Positions 20,792 through 31,689 of a DNA stretch of 64,000 bases are shown here, piece after piece (the stretch's first letter is position 1; every line of letters begins with the position of its first letter). The DNA lies in contig CAWDKY010000015.1 of assembly GCA_963802945.1 (NCBI GenBank), positions 448,001 to 512,000 of the forward strand, in the 5' to 3' direction. The notes under the pieces were generated by a model. The model had not been told where the DNA came from, searched no databases, and worked only from the letters and a program-made list of their open reading frames with translations. This DNA comes from an uncultured delta proteobacterium (lineage in GTDB: Bacteria; Desulfobacterota; RBG-13-43-22). A program made the position numbers and the translations under genes.

Positions 20792-23350
20792 AGTCTATGA
20801 ATTAGCCAAAGAACTACACATGGAGAACAAGGCCCTGATGGACCTTATTCATGAGCTAGGGATCGAAATCAAAAGTCATTCTTCGTCTCTAACTGACGAA
20901 CAGATTTCCCTAATCAAAGGTCATCTGAAAGGGACTAAATCCCTGGTTGTTGAAGAACAGCGGATCAAATCTACGGTCATCCGCCGGCGAAGAAAGATCG
21001 TAGAGGTCGAACCGGTCATTGAACCACCGGCAGAAGAACCGATTCCAGAACCTCAGCCGGAACCGAAACGGCCGAAGGGAAAGGTTGTCCAAGAGGAACC
21101 CCCCATAGGACCGATTACTGAAAGGGTTGTTAAAAAACAGCCAAAACCGGCTAAAGAAAAAGAAAGGAAATCGCCCAACCCATTCTGTACCAAACTCATC
21201 CGGGTAAGCCTCTTAAGCCGGCGAAAGAACCCCAGCCAAAGTGATTCGCCGGGCCGAACACCGGCCAAGTGATCCGGCCGGCGGAACCGGTCGTTAAATT
21301 GGTTCAACCTCATCGGCCTCCCAGTCCCGGTATTAAACCGGAAGAAAAAAGGGACGACAAGCCAGGTAAAGAGGTTTCAAAAGACAAAATATCCCCCAAA
21401 AAGAAGCAAAAAATCGGAAAAATTACAGCCGAGGAAGAAACCGCCAAAGCCAAAATCTTTAAAAAGAAGAGAGAGATTTTTGAACGGGCGGACCTGTATG
21501 ACGAATCGGGAAAAGAGGCCAGGGCCTACAGGCCCGGCAAAGGGGGAAAGTTACCGGTTAAAAAATTTAAGAAAACGGAAATTACCACCCCCAAAGCGAT
21601 CAAACGCCGTTTAAAGATATCTGAGGCCATCAACGTGGGAGAACTGGCCAAGAGAATGGGCATTAAATCAGGAGATCTCATTAAAAAAATGATCACCTTA
21701 GGACTTATGGTTACATTAAACCAATCGATTGATTTTGATACAGCCGCTATAGCGGCAGCTGAATTCGGTTTCGAAGCGGAAAAAGTTTATCTTGAGGAAG
21801 AACAAATATTAAAACTTCATGCCGATCGCCTGGAAGAACTCCAGACCCGGCCTCCGGTGGTCACCATTATGGGACATGTGGACCATGGAAAAACCTCTTT
21901 GTTGGATGTTATTCGAAAAACCAATGTTACCGCCGGGGAGGCTGGAGGAATCACCCAACATATCGGGGCCTATCATGTTCGTTTGGACAAGGGGGAAATC
22001 GTTTTCCTGGATACCCCCGGTCATGAAGCCTTCACGGCCATGAGGGCCCGAGGAGCCCAAATAACGGATATTGTCATCCTGGTAGTGGCCGCAGAAGACG
22101 GAATGATGCAGCAAACCAAAGAGGCCATTGATCATTCCCGGGCGGCCGGCGTTCCCATCATCGTGGCCATTAATAAAATCGACAAACCCGATGCCAATCC
22201 GGACCGGGTCAAGAGACAGTTGGCCGATTACGGATTGTCTCCTGAGGAGTGGGGTGGAGACACGATTTTTGCCGAAGTATCGGCTAAAACCGGTAAGGGT
22301 GTGGACAATCTATTGGAATTAATCCTTTTGCAGGCGGAGGTGCTGGAGTTAAAGGCCAATCCCAACAAATTGGCTATGGGAAGGATCGTGGAAGCCCGGC
22401 TGGATAAAGGCCGGGGACCGGTTGCTACCGTGCTTATTTCAGGAGGCGTTTTAAAAACAGGTGACCCCTTTGTCTGCGGGATCCAATTTGGAAAGGTCCG
22501 GGCCCTTTATAATGATTGGGGGCAGAAGGTGGATCAAGCCTTGCCCTCGATACCGGTTGAAGTCCATGGATTTAGCGGTGTTCCCTTAGCTGGAGATGAA
22601 TTTGTCGTTTGTGAAGATGAAAAAACCGCCAGACAGATCGCCTTTTACCGCCTCCAGAAAAAGAGGGAGGCCGAACTTTCCAAGACCAGCAAGGTTACCC
22701 TGGAAAAGCTTTATGAACAAATTCAGGAAGGACAGGTCAAAGAATTGAATCTCATTCTCAAGGCTGACGTCCAGGGTTCGCTTGAAGCGATCAGCGAGGC
22801 TTTGCAAAAATTGAGCACTCCAGCCATCAAGGTCAATGTAATCCACAGCTCTCCGGGAGCGATCACGGAGACCGATATCATGCTGGCCTCGGCATCCAAG
22901 GCCATTATCATCGGATTCAATGTCCGGCCGAACCCGAAAGGACAGGAGATGGTGGAGCAAGAACAGGTGGATGTCCGGTATTACGATATCATCTACCAAT
23001 TGATTTCGGATGTCAAAGACGCCATGGTCGGTCTGCTGGAACCGATTCACAAAGAAATTGTTCAAGGGCAAGCCGAAATCCGGGAACTTTTTCATGTGCC
23101 CAAAGTGGGGACGATTGCCGGAAGTTTTGTGATCGAAGGGAAGATTGAAAGAAATGCCAAGGCCCGTCTTCTGAGAGACCAGGTGGTGATCTATGATGGC
23201 CGAATCGCTTCCCTCAGACGGGTCAAAGACGACGTAAAAGAGGTCCTGGCCGGTTATGAATGTGGCATCAACCTGGAAAATTTTAATGACCTCAAAGTGG
23301 GTGATGTTGTTGAGGCCTATATACTTGAGGATGTAAAGCCGGAACTATAA
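20778..23350 (+). CDS. infB: Translation initiation factor IF-2 (frameshifted in the Pro/Lys linker, probable assembly error)
   Basis: [12 protein letters not shown]-terminus; [21 protein letters not shown]; break near 21170-21270 within PAKVIRPAE-like repeats. Confidence 0.95.
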
Positions 23351-23449
23351 TGTTGAGTGCGGATTTCGGATTAGGTATTGCGAAATATGGGAAAAAAACA
23401 AAAAAAGATAACCAATATCATTTGAGGTTCTTGTAAAAGCCTCTTGGAC

Positions 23450-23476
23450 GTCATTCCGGCGGAAGCCGGAATCCAG
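23450..23476. repeat. REP-like palindrome GTCATTCCGGCGGAAGCCGGAATCCAG
   Basis: Perfect ATTCCGGC-GGAA-GCCGGAAT stem. Confidence 0.6.
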
Positions 23477-23578
23477 TTTTTGTTTATTAATTAAACGCCC
23501 TTCGACGAACGAAATATTTGCCAATTTGGCATTGTGCTTCCATTTTTTTCTTAATCCCTTAAATGGGTAAGACGAACC

Positions 23579-23866
23579 ATGGTCATCGGTATCCTGGAAA
23601 TGATCCTTTATCTGCCGGAATCTCATTCCCTGAAGGACAAGCGCCAGGTCGTCAAAAGCGTAAAGGATAAAGTCCATCACCGATTTAATGTGGCCATTGC
23701 CGAAGTGGACGACCTGGATTTATGGCAAAAGGCCCGTTTGGGGGTTTGCAGCCTGGGTAATGATCGACGGCAGGTCAACGGTCGGTTGGATCAGGTGATC
23801 AATTTCATAGAACGGTTGCAGGTGGCGGTTGATATTGATACGCACATCGAACTGCTTGATTATTAA
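23579..23866 (+). CDS. DUF503 (YlxP-like) protein
   Basis: SHSLKDKRQVVKS, FNVAIAEV..DLWQ. Confidence 0.9.
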   Translation: MVIGILEMILYLPESHSLKDKRQVVKSVKDKVHHRFNVAIAEVDDLDLWQKARLGVCSLGNDRRQVNGRLDQVINFIERLQVAVDIDTHIELLDY

Positions 23867-23912
23867 CTGATGAGGGCTGAGTGGGGAATTTTTAGTTAGG
23901 AGATATTAGTTT

Positions 23913-23961
23913 AGAGTCCGGAGTTCGGAGTAAAATCTCACAACTCCGAACTCCGGACTCT
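23913..23961. repeat. Heptamer-periodic inverted repeat
   Basis: AGAGTCCGGAGTTCGGAGT...ACTCCGAACTCCGGACTCT perfect arms. Confidence 0.75.
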
Positions 23962-24002
23962 AAACTGAAGTTACAAAATCCTCTGACCCCAGGAAAACGA
24001 TA

Positions 24003-24380
24003 ATGCAGTCTAACTCTTCAAAGCCCAAAAGGACGATACAAATCGGGGGATTGATCCAGCAGGAAATTTCAGAGTTGCTGGTCCGGAAAATAAAAGATCC
24101 CCGACTGGAAATGGTGACCATCACCGGCGTTGAGGTTTCGCCCGACCTGAAGCTGGCCCGGGTCTATTTCAGCCGGTTTGGAAATCCGGATGAAGTTCGG
24201 CGAGGGCTGGAAGGCCTTCAGAGTGCCGCAGGTTTTATTAAACGGGAACTGGGACAGCGCATGAAACTGCGGCGGGTTCCCGATTTGGAATTTAAACACG
24301 ATACTTCCTTTGAATATGGAGACCGGATCGAGTCGATATTAAAAGATTTATATCCGGACAAAGAACCTGTTGAATCATGA
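24003..24380 (+). CDS. rbfA: Ribosome-binding factor A
   Basis: KIKDPRL, VSPDLKLARVY, LRRVPDLEFKHD. Confidence 0.96.
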   Translation: MQSNSSKPKRTIQIGGLIQQEISELLVRKIKDPRLEMVTITGVEVSPDLKLARVYFSRFGNPDEVRRGLEGLQSAAGFIKRELGQRMKLRRVPDLEFKHDTSFEYGDRIESILKDLYPDKEPVES

Positions 24381-25333
24381 GAACTATAAATTCTAAGCCC
24401 GTCCTAACCGCCTTTTCCGAACCATCGATCTGGGAAGGAATTTTAGTGGTGGACAAACCGGCGGGGATGACGTCCAACCGGGTGCTCCAAATCCTCCGGA
24501 AGATCGCCGACTTTCAAAAAATGGGCCATCTGGGAACGCTGGACCCGATCGCCACCGGGGTATTGCCTGTTTGTATCGGCTGGGCGACCAAGATCATCCC
24601 TTTTATTCCCGACCACACCAAGGGATATCGGGCCGTCATGGTCTTAGGAAAAAAGACGGACACCCAGGATGCGACCGGTCAGGTAATAATGACTTATCCA
24701 CTCGCACTGCCTGGTCGAAAAAGAATAGAGGATGTTTTTGAGGAATTCATCGGCCTTCAGGACCAGGTGCCCCCTTCATTTTCGGCCCTGAAATATAAAG
24801 GAAAACCTTTGTATCACTGGGCCAGGCAGGGGATAACGATCGTCAAACCGCCGCGGCTGATTACTATTGATTCCATTAAGATCCTGAACGTGGAAGGAGA
24901 ACGCGTGGCCTTTGAAGTTTTTTGTTCTCCAGGGACTTATATCCGGACGCTTTGCAATGATGTTGGGGACCGGTTGGGGTGCGGCGCCTATTTGGAGGAA
25001 TTGCAGCGGATTCAAAGCGGGCCTTTTATCCTTTCTCAAGCCCTGACTTTGGAAAAGATCCAAAACCTTTCTTTCCCGGAAGAAATCGAGGCCCATAAAA
25101 TCCCGATTGAGAAGATCTTGCAGAATCTTCCTCAAATCTGTGTGGAGTGGCAATGGAAAGAAAAAATTAAACAGGGAGGATTTTTGACCCCGGACCAGGG
25201 TATTTCCCCCTGGCCTCAAGTCGAACCCGGGGTGCCGATCTGTGTAAAAAGCCCTAAGGATGAATTGTGGGCCATTTATCAAAGAGAAAGGGATGCCAAA
25301 CTTATTTTTAAACCTATTAGGGTTATTATTTAA
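24377..25333 (+). CDS. truB: tRNA pseudouridine(55) synthase
   Basis: VDKPAGMTS, GHLGTLDPIATG, QVPPSFSALK, GTYIRTL. Confidence 0.95.
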   Translation: MRTINSKPVLTAFSEPSIWEGILVVDKPAGMTSNRVLQILRKIADFQKMGHLGTLDPIATGVLPVCIGWATKIIPFIPDHTKGYRAVMVLGKKTDTQDATGQVIMTYPLALPGRKRIEDVFEEFIGLQDQVPPSFSALKYKGKPLYHWARQGITIVKPPRLITIDSIKILNVEGERVAFEVFCSPGTYIRTLCNDVGDRLGCGAYLEELQRIQSGPFILSQALTLEKIQNLSFPEEIEAHKIPIEKILQNLPQICVEWQWKEKIKQGGFLTPDQGISPWPQVEPGVPICVKSPKDELWAIYQRERDAKLIFKPIRVII

Positions 25334-25337
25334 ATAC

Positions 25338-25449
25338 GGGTCCAGGATTCGAGGATTCAAGTGTGTTAATTTCTATGCCTTTCACTCCGCCCTGCGGTCC
25401 TTGACCGTCTCGGCTGATCTCGTCGCAGGCCCTTGAATCCTTGAATCCT
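25338..25449. repeat. Heptamer-armed palindromic element, copy 2
   Basis: GGATTCGAGGATTCAAG...TTCTATGCCTTTCACT...CTTGAATCCTTGAATCC. Confidence 0.78.
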
Positions 25450-25517
25450 ATTTTAGTTTGAAGCTGCCCGTCTTAGACAGGCAAGAACATTTATTTAATT
25501 TTTAAAGGAGGTATATC

Positions 25518-25787
25518 GTGGGATTATATGCGGAACAAAAAAAAGAAATTCTGGGCAAATTCGGGGTACACCCCACAGACACCGGTTCCCCAGAGATTCA
25601 AATTGCCTTATTAAGTGAACGGATCAAATATCTGACTGAACACTTTAAAACCCACCAGAAGGATCACCACTCCCGACGGGGGCTGCTCAAACTGGTGGGT
25701 CAACGCAAACGGATGTTGAGTTATTTAAGAAAGAAAGATGCCGAGCGGTATCGAAACCTCATACAAGAATTAGGGATTCGCAAGTAA
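25518..25787 (+). CDS. rpsO: 30S ribosomal protein S15
   Basis: [26 protein letters not shown]; GTG start with AAGGAGG. Confidence 0.98.
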   Translation: MGLYAEQKKEILGKFGVHPTDTGSPEIQIALLSERIKYLTEHFKTHQKDHHSRRGLLKLVGQRKRMLSYLRKKDAERYRNLIQELGIRK

Positions 25788-25821
25788 AGTTTATTGCTTT
25801 CCTTATAAGGAGCATACAGCG

Positions 25822-27928
25822 ATGGTTCATGTAGTGACTACCGAAATAAATGGAAGGACCTTGAGTATTGAAACCGGCCGGGTGGCCAATCAGGCCGGCG
25901 GTGCTGTTCTGGTTCAATACGGGGAAACGATTGTCTTGGTTACAGTGGTATCCTCCAACGATATCCGGGAAGGGATCGATTTTCTGCCCTTGACGGTTGA
26001 TTATCAGGAGATGGCTTATGCCGCCGGAAAGATTCCGGGCAGTTTTTTCCGCAGGGAAATCGGCCGGCCGAGTGAAAAAGAAACCTTGACTTCCCGTTTG
26101 ATTGACCGCCCTTTACGTCCCCTTTTTCCCAAGGGGTATCGTAACGAAACACAGGTCATCGCCACGGTGCTTTCCGTGGATCAGGAAAACGATCCTGATG
26201 TCCTGGCCCTGGTCGGTGCTTCAGCCGCCTTAGAGGTCTCGGATATCCCTTTTGACGGGCCGATTGCCGGGATCAGGGTGGGCCGCCTCAATGGAGAATT
26301 GATTTTAAACCCCACCAATTCTCAGTTGATCGACAGCGATATCAACCTGATCGTGGCCGGCACCCGGGAGGCCGTGGTCATGGTGGAAGGCGTGGCCAAG
26401 GAGGTCCCGGAAGAAGATCTGGTGCAGGCTGTTTTTTACGGCCATCAGGGGATTCAAGCAATCCTCGATCTCCAGAAAAAACTGGGACTGGCTGTGGGCA
26501 CCACCAAAAAGGCATTTCCTGCTCCGGTGGAAGATGCTGCCTTAAAGGCTAAGGTTTTTGAAATGGCCCAGGCGCCTTTAAAAGAGGCTTTGACCCTCAA
26601 CGGGAAAAAAGAGCGTCAGGAACGTATTCATGAAATTCAGGAAGACCTCTTGAAAGAGTTAACCCAGGGCGACCCGGAAAACCCGGATACCCAAAAAGCA
26701 ATCAATAAATTCTTCGAAGAGCTGGAACGGCAGTTGATTCGCGATATGATCCTGAAGCAAAAAACCAGGATCGGTGGAAGGACCTATAATGAAGTCCGGC
26801 CCATCTCCTGTGAGGTGGCGGTTTTACCCAGGACCCATGGATCGGCCCTCTTTACCCGGGGGGAAACCCAGGCCCTGGCTGTAACCACTTTGGGGACTTC
26901 CTCGGATGAACAACGGATCGATTCGTTAAACGGGGAATCCTTCAAGTCTTTTATGCTCCATTATAATTTTCCGCCTTTTTCGGTCGGAGAGGCCCGGATG
27001 CTGCGGGGCCCCGGCCGGCGTGAGATCGGACACGGGGCCTTGGCCGAAAGGGCTTTGAAACCCATGCTGCCGTCCAATGAAGATTTTCCTTATACGATCC
27101 GCATTGTCTCGGAGATATTGGAGTCCAACGGCTCATCCTCCATGGCCACGGTCTGCGGGGCGAGTCTGGCTTTGATGGACGCCGGCGTACCCATTAAATC
27201 TCATGTGGCCGGAGTGGCCATGGGATTGATTCTGGAACAGGGCCAGGTGGCGGTTCTGACCGATATCCTGGGCGATGAAGATCATTGCGGGGACATGGAT
27301 TTCAAGGTCACCGGCACGGAAAAGGGGGTTACGGCCCTGCAAATGGACATCAAGATTCAAGGGGTAACTCAGGAAATCATGGGCCAAGCCCTTAGCCAGG
27401 CCAAGGAGGGGAGGCTGTCCATCCTCGGTTTGATGAACAAGACCATCCAGCAGCCCAGGACCAGCATCTCCGATTATGCCCCCAAGATCACCACCATAGA
27501 AATCAATCCGGAAAAGATCAGGGAAGTGATCGGCCCGGGCGGAAAGGTCATCCGGTCCATCGTTGCCGAGACCGGGGCCAAGATCGAGGTGGAGGATTCC
27601 GGAAAAATCATCATCGCCTCTTCTGATAGCAAGAGTGTGGATCGGGCCATTGCCATGATCAAAGAGATCGTTCAGGAGGTAGAGATCGGGCAGCTTTACA
27701 TGGGCAAGGTGATCAAGATCATGGACTTCGGGGCCTTTGTCGAGGTCTTACCCGGCACCGAAGGTCTGGTCCATATCTCCCAACTGGACAATCATCATGT
27801 CAAGAAGGTGACCGATGTGCTCAAGGAAGGCGATGAAGTCCTGGTCAAGGTCCTGGAAGTGGACCGGCAGGGCAAGATAAGGTTAAGTCGCAAGGCCGCC
27901 TTGGGCCAGACACTTCCCCAAAAAATGA
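25822..27928 (+). CDS. pnp: Polynucleotide phosphorylase (runs in frame into the next gene as assembled)
   Basis: [33 protein letters not shown] and S1 domains; would end CAA AAA TGA if A6 at 27920-27925 is A5. Confidence 0.95.
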
Positions 27929-29190
27929 CATCTATAGTCCAAAAAACCGTATTACCTAATGGGCTCCGGATCGTCACCGAGACCCTGCCATATCTATATT
28001 CGGTCTCGGTAGGCATCTGGGTGGAAAACGGCTCTCGTGATGAAAGCCCTGATGAAAACGGGATCTCCCATTTTATAGAACACATGATTTTCAAGGGCAC
28101 CCGTAATCGGACGGCCCTTATGATTGCCAAGGAGATGGATGCCATTGGAGGAATGTCCAATGCCTTCACCTCTAAGGAACAGACCTGCTTCTATACCCGC
28201 GTCCTGGATAATCATCTGGAGCAGGGGGTCGAAATACTCCTGGATATCTTTCTGAACTCCCTGTTCGATCCCGAAGAATTGGAAAGGGAACGGCTGGTCG
28301 TTCTCCAGGAAATCAGCATGGTCGAAGATACCCCGGATGAACTGATTCATGTGCTTCTGGGAGAAACGGTCTATCAGGGAAACTCTCTGGCCCAGCCGAT
28401 CCTGGGGACCCCGGAAACCGTTCAGGCGATTAATCAGCAAAAGATCCTGAATTACCTGGGGCGGTCCTATGGTCCGGAAAAGATAGTGGTGGCCGCGGCC
28501 GGAAAGGTGGATCATGAGGCCTTTGTAAATCTGATGGCCCCTGAACTGAACAAGATTCAACCCACCACCCCTGTGGTTAACCGACTTGATCCGATCCTGC
28601 GTTCAAAATCAAAGGTGTTTCCTAAAGATTTGGAACAGGTTCATGTGGCCTGGGCCGCCAAGGCCCCGTCGGCCATTGATCCCAGAAGATATGTCATCAC
28701 CCTGCTGAATGTCATTATGGGCGGAAACATGAGTTCCCGCTTGTTTCAGGAGGTCAGGGAAAAAAGAGGACTGGCCTATGCCATCTATTCCTTTCTCTCT
28801 GCCCACCAGGACACGGGTCTGTGGGGCATCTATACCGCCGTGGCCAAGGAGACCATGACCCAAACTCTGGAAGTGATCGGAGAAGAGCTGCGGAAACTCA
28901 AGAAGGGAGAACTCGATTCAACGGAACTTTCTGCAGCCAAGGAATTTGTCAAAGGCGGGATCCTCCTGGGGGCCGAAAGCAGCGATAACCGCATGACCCG
29001 TATTGCCAAAAATGAAATGACGTTCGGCCGGGACCTTACCTTTGAAGAAGTTCTGGATGATCTGAATAAGGTAACCACCGACGAGCTGGTTGCCCTGGCC
29101 GATGAGATTCTCCAGCCTGACCAATTTTCCCTGGTCTCTCTGGGGCCGGTGAACGATGGTGATCTCCCCACTCCGGCCATAGCCCTGTGA
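27925..29190 (+). CDS. M16 (pitrilysin) family zinc peptidase
   Basis: LPNGLRIV, inverted zinc motif [21 protein letters not shown]. Confidence 0.92.
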   Translation: MTSIVQKTVLPNGLRIVTETLPYLYSVSVGIWVENGSRDESPDENGISHFIEHMIFKGTRNRTALMIAKEMDAIGGMSNAFTSKEQTCFYTRVLDNHLEQGVEILLDIFLNSLFDPEELERERLVVLQEISMVEDTPDELIHVLLGETVYQGNSLAQPILGTPETVQAINQQKILNYLGRSYGPEKIVVAAAGKVDHEAFVNLMAPELNKIQPTTPVVNRLDPILRSKSKVFPKDLEQVHVAWAAKAPSAIDPRRYVITLLNVIMGGNMSSRLFQEVREKRGLAYAIYSFLSAHQDTGLWGIYTAVAKETMTQTLEVIGEELRKLKKGELDSTELSAAKEFVKGGILLGAESSDNRMTRIAKNEMTFGRDLTFEEVLDDLNKVTTDELVALADEILQPDQFSLVSLGPVNDGDLPTPAIAL

Positions 29191-29645
29191 TGACCAAGCT
29201 GATCCTTCAAATCCGGCGTCTGAATCCTGAAAGAGATAGGGATATTTCAATTCCCAGATACATGAGCCCCGGCTCCTCCGGACTGGATCTGCCGGCCGCT
29301 ATTGAAAACGAAATAACCCTCTCTCCAGGAGAAATCCGCCTGATCCCAACTGGCCTGGCCATGGCCATACCCATTGGATTTGAAGGCCAGATACGGCCCC
29401 GCAGCGGACTGGCCCTGAAACACGGCATCAGCTTGATCAACACTCCGGGCACCATCGATTCCGATTACCGGGGCGAAATCGGACTGGCGGTCATTAACCT
29501 GGGGCGAAAACCTTATACCATACGCCGCGGAGACCGCCTGGCCCAACTGGTGATCCATAAGGTTTATCAGGCCAATATTCAGGTGGTCGAGGATTTGGAT
29601 CCCACCGACCGGGCCAACGGCGGCTTCGGCCACAGCGGCATCTAA
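29187..29645 (+). CDS. dut: dUTP diphosphatase
   Basis: [37 protein letters not shown]. Confidence 0.97.
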   Translation: MMTKLILQIRRLNPERDRDISIPRYMSPGSSGLDLPAAIENEITLSPGEIRLIPTGLAMAIPIGFEGQIRPRSGLALKHGISLINTPGTIDSDYRGEIGLAVINLGRKPYTIRRGDRLAQLVIHKVYQANIQVVEDLDPTDRANGGFGHSGI

Positions 29646-29664
29646 TCCCTCCTTAATTTTTTCT

Positions 29665-29888
29665 TCGAACTCCGAACTCAACACTCCGAACTTCTTCCCC
29701 GCCTCATCCCTCGTTCCTCGTGCCTCATCCCTCATGCTTTTTATCGCCGAACGCTAAACGACTATTGTTTTTTATTTTTCCTTGACTCCCCCCCTTTTTC
29801 CCTTTATTTACTTATAATTATTTTTGGGCCCTCAGTTTTGAAGTTCAAGTTTTTTTTCGCCGAACGACGAATGCTGAACGTCGAATGT
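29665..29888. repeat. Stack of different 7-nt-periodic repeat arms downstream of dut
   Basis: GAACTCC-type, CCTCATC-type and GAACG-type runs in succession. Confidence 0.6.
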
Positions 29889-30138
29889 CCTTTTAAAAGT
29901 TTCTCACCCATATTTGTGAAGCTAATATTTCCTTGCTTTTTGAAGTAAGTTACCCGACCAAAGGGCCGATTGAATGGATAGCTGAACAGATAATCTTTTT
30001 TATTAATAAGTATTCAGCCTGTTTGTTATTTTAACAAGTTTGTCCCATTGAATAAACGAGAGAAAGAGTCAAGAGCTGACTTGACACATTTTGACCAAAA
30101 AGAATCTACACAGACAAATTCAATAAGGAGGTGCTTAA

Positions 30139-31030
30139 ATGCCCAAAGTAAATGCCAACGGGATTCAAATTGAATATGAAACCTTCGGAAACGCATCAGG
30201 CCGACCGCTGCTTCTGATCATCGGGTTGGGCGGGCAATTGATCCACTGGGACGACGATATTTGCCGAGACTTCGCAAAACGCGGTTACTATGTCATTCGA
30301 TTTGACAACCGGGATGTCGGGCTCTCCACCAAATTCGAGGAAGCCGGCGTGCCGGACCTAATGGAAATATTCGGAAAGCTCATGCAAGGGCGAGAAGATC
30401 AAGCCGCCATACACAGTGGAAGATATGGCTGACGACGCGGTAGGCCTCCTGGACGCCCTTGGAATTCAGAAGGCCCACATCTGCGGTATGTCCATGGGGG
30501 GAATGATCGCCCAGACGATCGCGATCCGGCATCCTTCCCGCGTCCTGAGTTTGACCTCCATTTACTCAAACACCGGCAATCCGGAACTTCCTCAACCGAA
30601 GCCGGAGGTGATGGGACTGCTTATCACCCCTCCTCCCATCGAGCGGGAGGCGAACATCGAGCACATGCTTAATGTCTTTAAAACCATTGCCGGCCCTGGT
30701 TTTCCAGTGGATGAAAAGTGGACCCGCAAGATCCTGGCTGAGGGCTACGACCGCTGCTTTTACCCCCAGGGCGAAGCCCGCCAGCTCGTTGCCATTCTAA
30801 CGCAAGACAACAGGGTCCCCGCCCTTGCTTCAGTAAAGGTGCCGACCCTGGTGGTTCATGGAACCAAAGATCCTCTTGTCCCGGTAGAGGGAGGTAAGGA
30901 CACGGCCAAAGCGATCCCGGGAGCTCAACTGATGCTGATCGAGGGCATGGGGCACGATCTCCCGCACGGCGGGGCTTGGCCCCGGATCATCGAGGCCATC
31001 GTTGCCCACACGCAAAAGGCCGTTGTTTGA
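30139..31030 (+). CDS. Alpha/beta hydrolase (split by one extra G at ~30389)
   Basis: RFDNRDVG, GMSMGG nucleophile elbow, HG.KD, GMGH; rejoined length 296 aa. Confidence 0.88.
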
Positions 31031-31225
31031 TAAGGAAGTTGCTTTTTGACTGACACGTTATGACAGAGGTCTTAGGGTCACCCTTCAAGAGAGCTTTGAA
31101 AGGCCTCTCTCAGGGGGAAAGGCGACCCATTTGTATACGGGGTCAAGGTTCAGGCATTAGTCATTAAGTATTTCCCAGATTCCTTTTTTATCTCTCAATA
31201 TTAGAATCAATTCTTTTATCTTGTC

Positions 31226-31287
31226 GTTATCCTTCGGTCTGATGGTATCACTTGTTGTGGATGACTGCGCGCCTAGGGTCGAGGCGA
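31226..31287 (-). pseudogene. Remnant resembling the C-terminal HTH of a REP-associated tyrosine transposase (copy B)
   Basis: GYWFCGIASTLGAQSSTTSDTIR; homologous to 2973-3035; followed on the minus strand by CCTTGACCCC at ~31140. Confidence 0.4.
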
Positions 31288-31689
31288 TCCCACAAAACCA
31301 ATATCCTTTTATCGTTAGCCCGAAACACCAAGGCAAACTTTCTCAGGTGACGGGATCTGATAAATACCCCCGTGCTCCCGCACGGGGTATTAAAAATCAA
31401 ACACTGACTGTTTTGGATTTTTCTATGCGTCTTTGATGCTCATATCAAATTATGTCTGGTGTCATCTTCGGTATGACTGGTCCTTTTTATATTTATCGAA
31501 TTTCCTCTTGAAGAAGTTGTCACAAGGGAAGGGAGCCAAGCCTCCAACAGGTCTTGAAAGCCGATAAATTTGGTTTGTTTTTTCTTGAAAGAAGCATTAT
31601 ATTCCATAAAGAACTCCTGTTGCCCGCTTTGGAGTATCTAATCAACCAGTAACATTCATCAAGGTATTAAAATTCAAAAATAAGGGGGA

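Noticed and set aside
31320-31360. Glycine or c-di-GMP riboswitch-like words (CACC..GGCAAAC, CTCAGG)
   Set aside because: Required stems and partner motifs are missing; the region reads better as a minus-strand transposase remnant plus a palindrome
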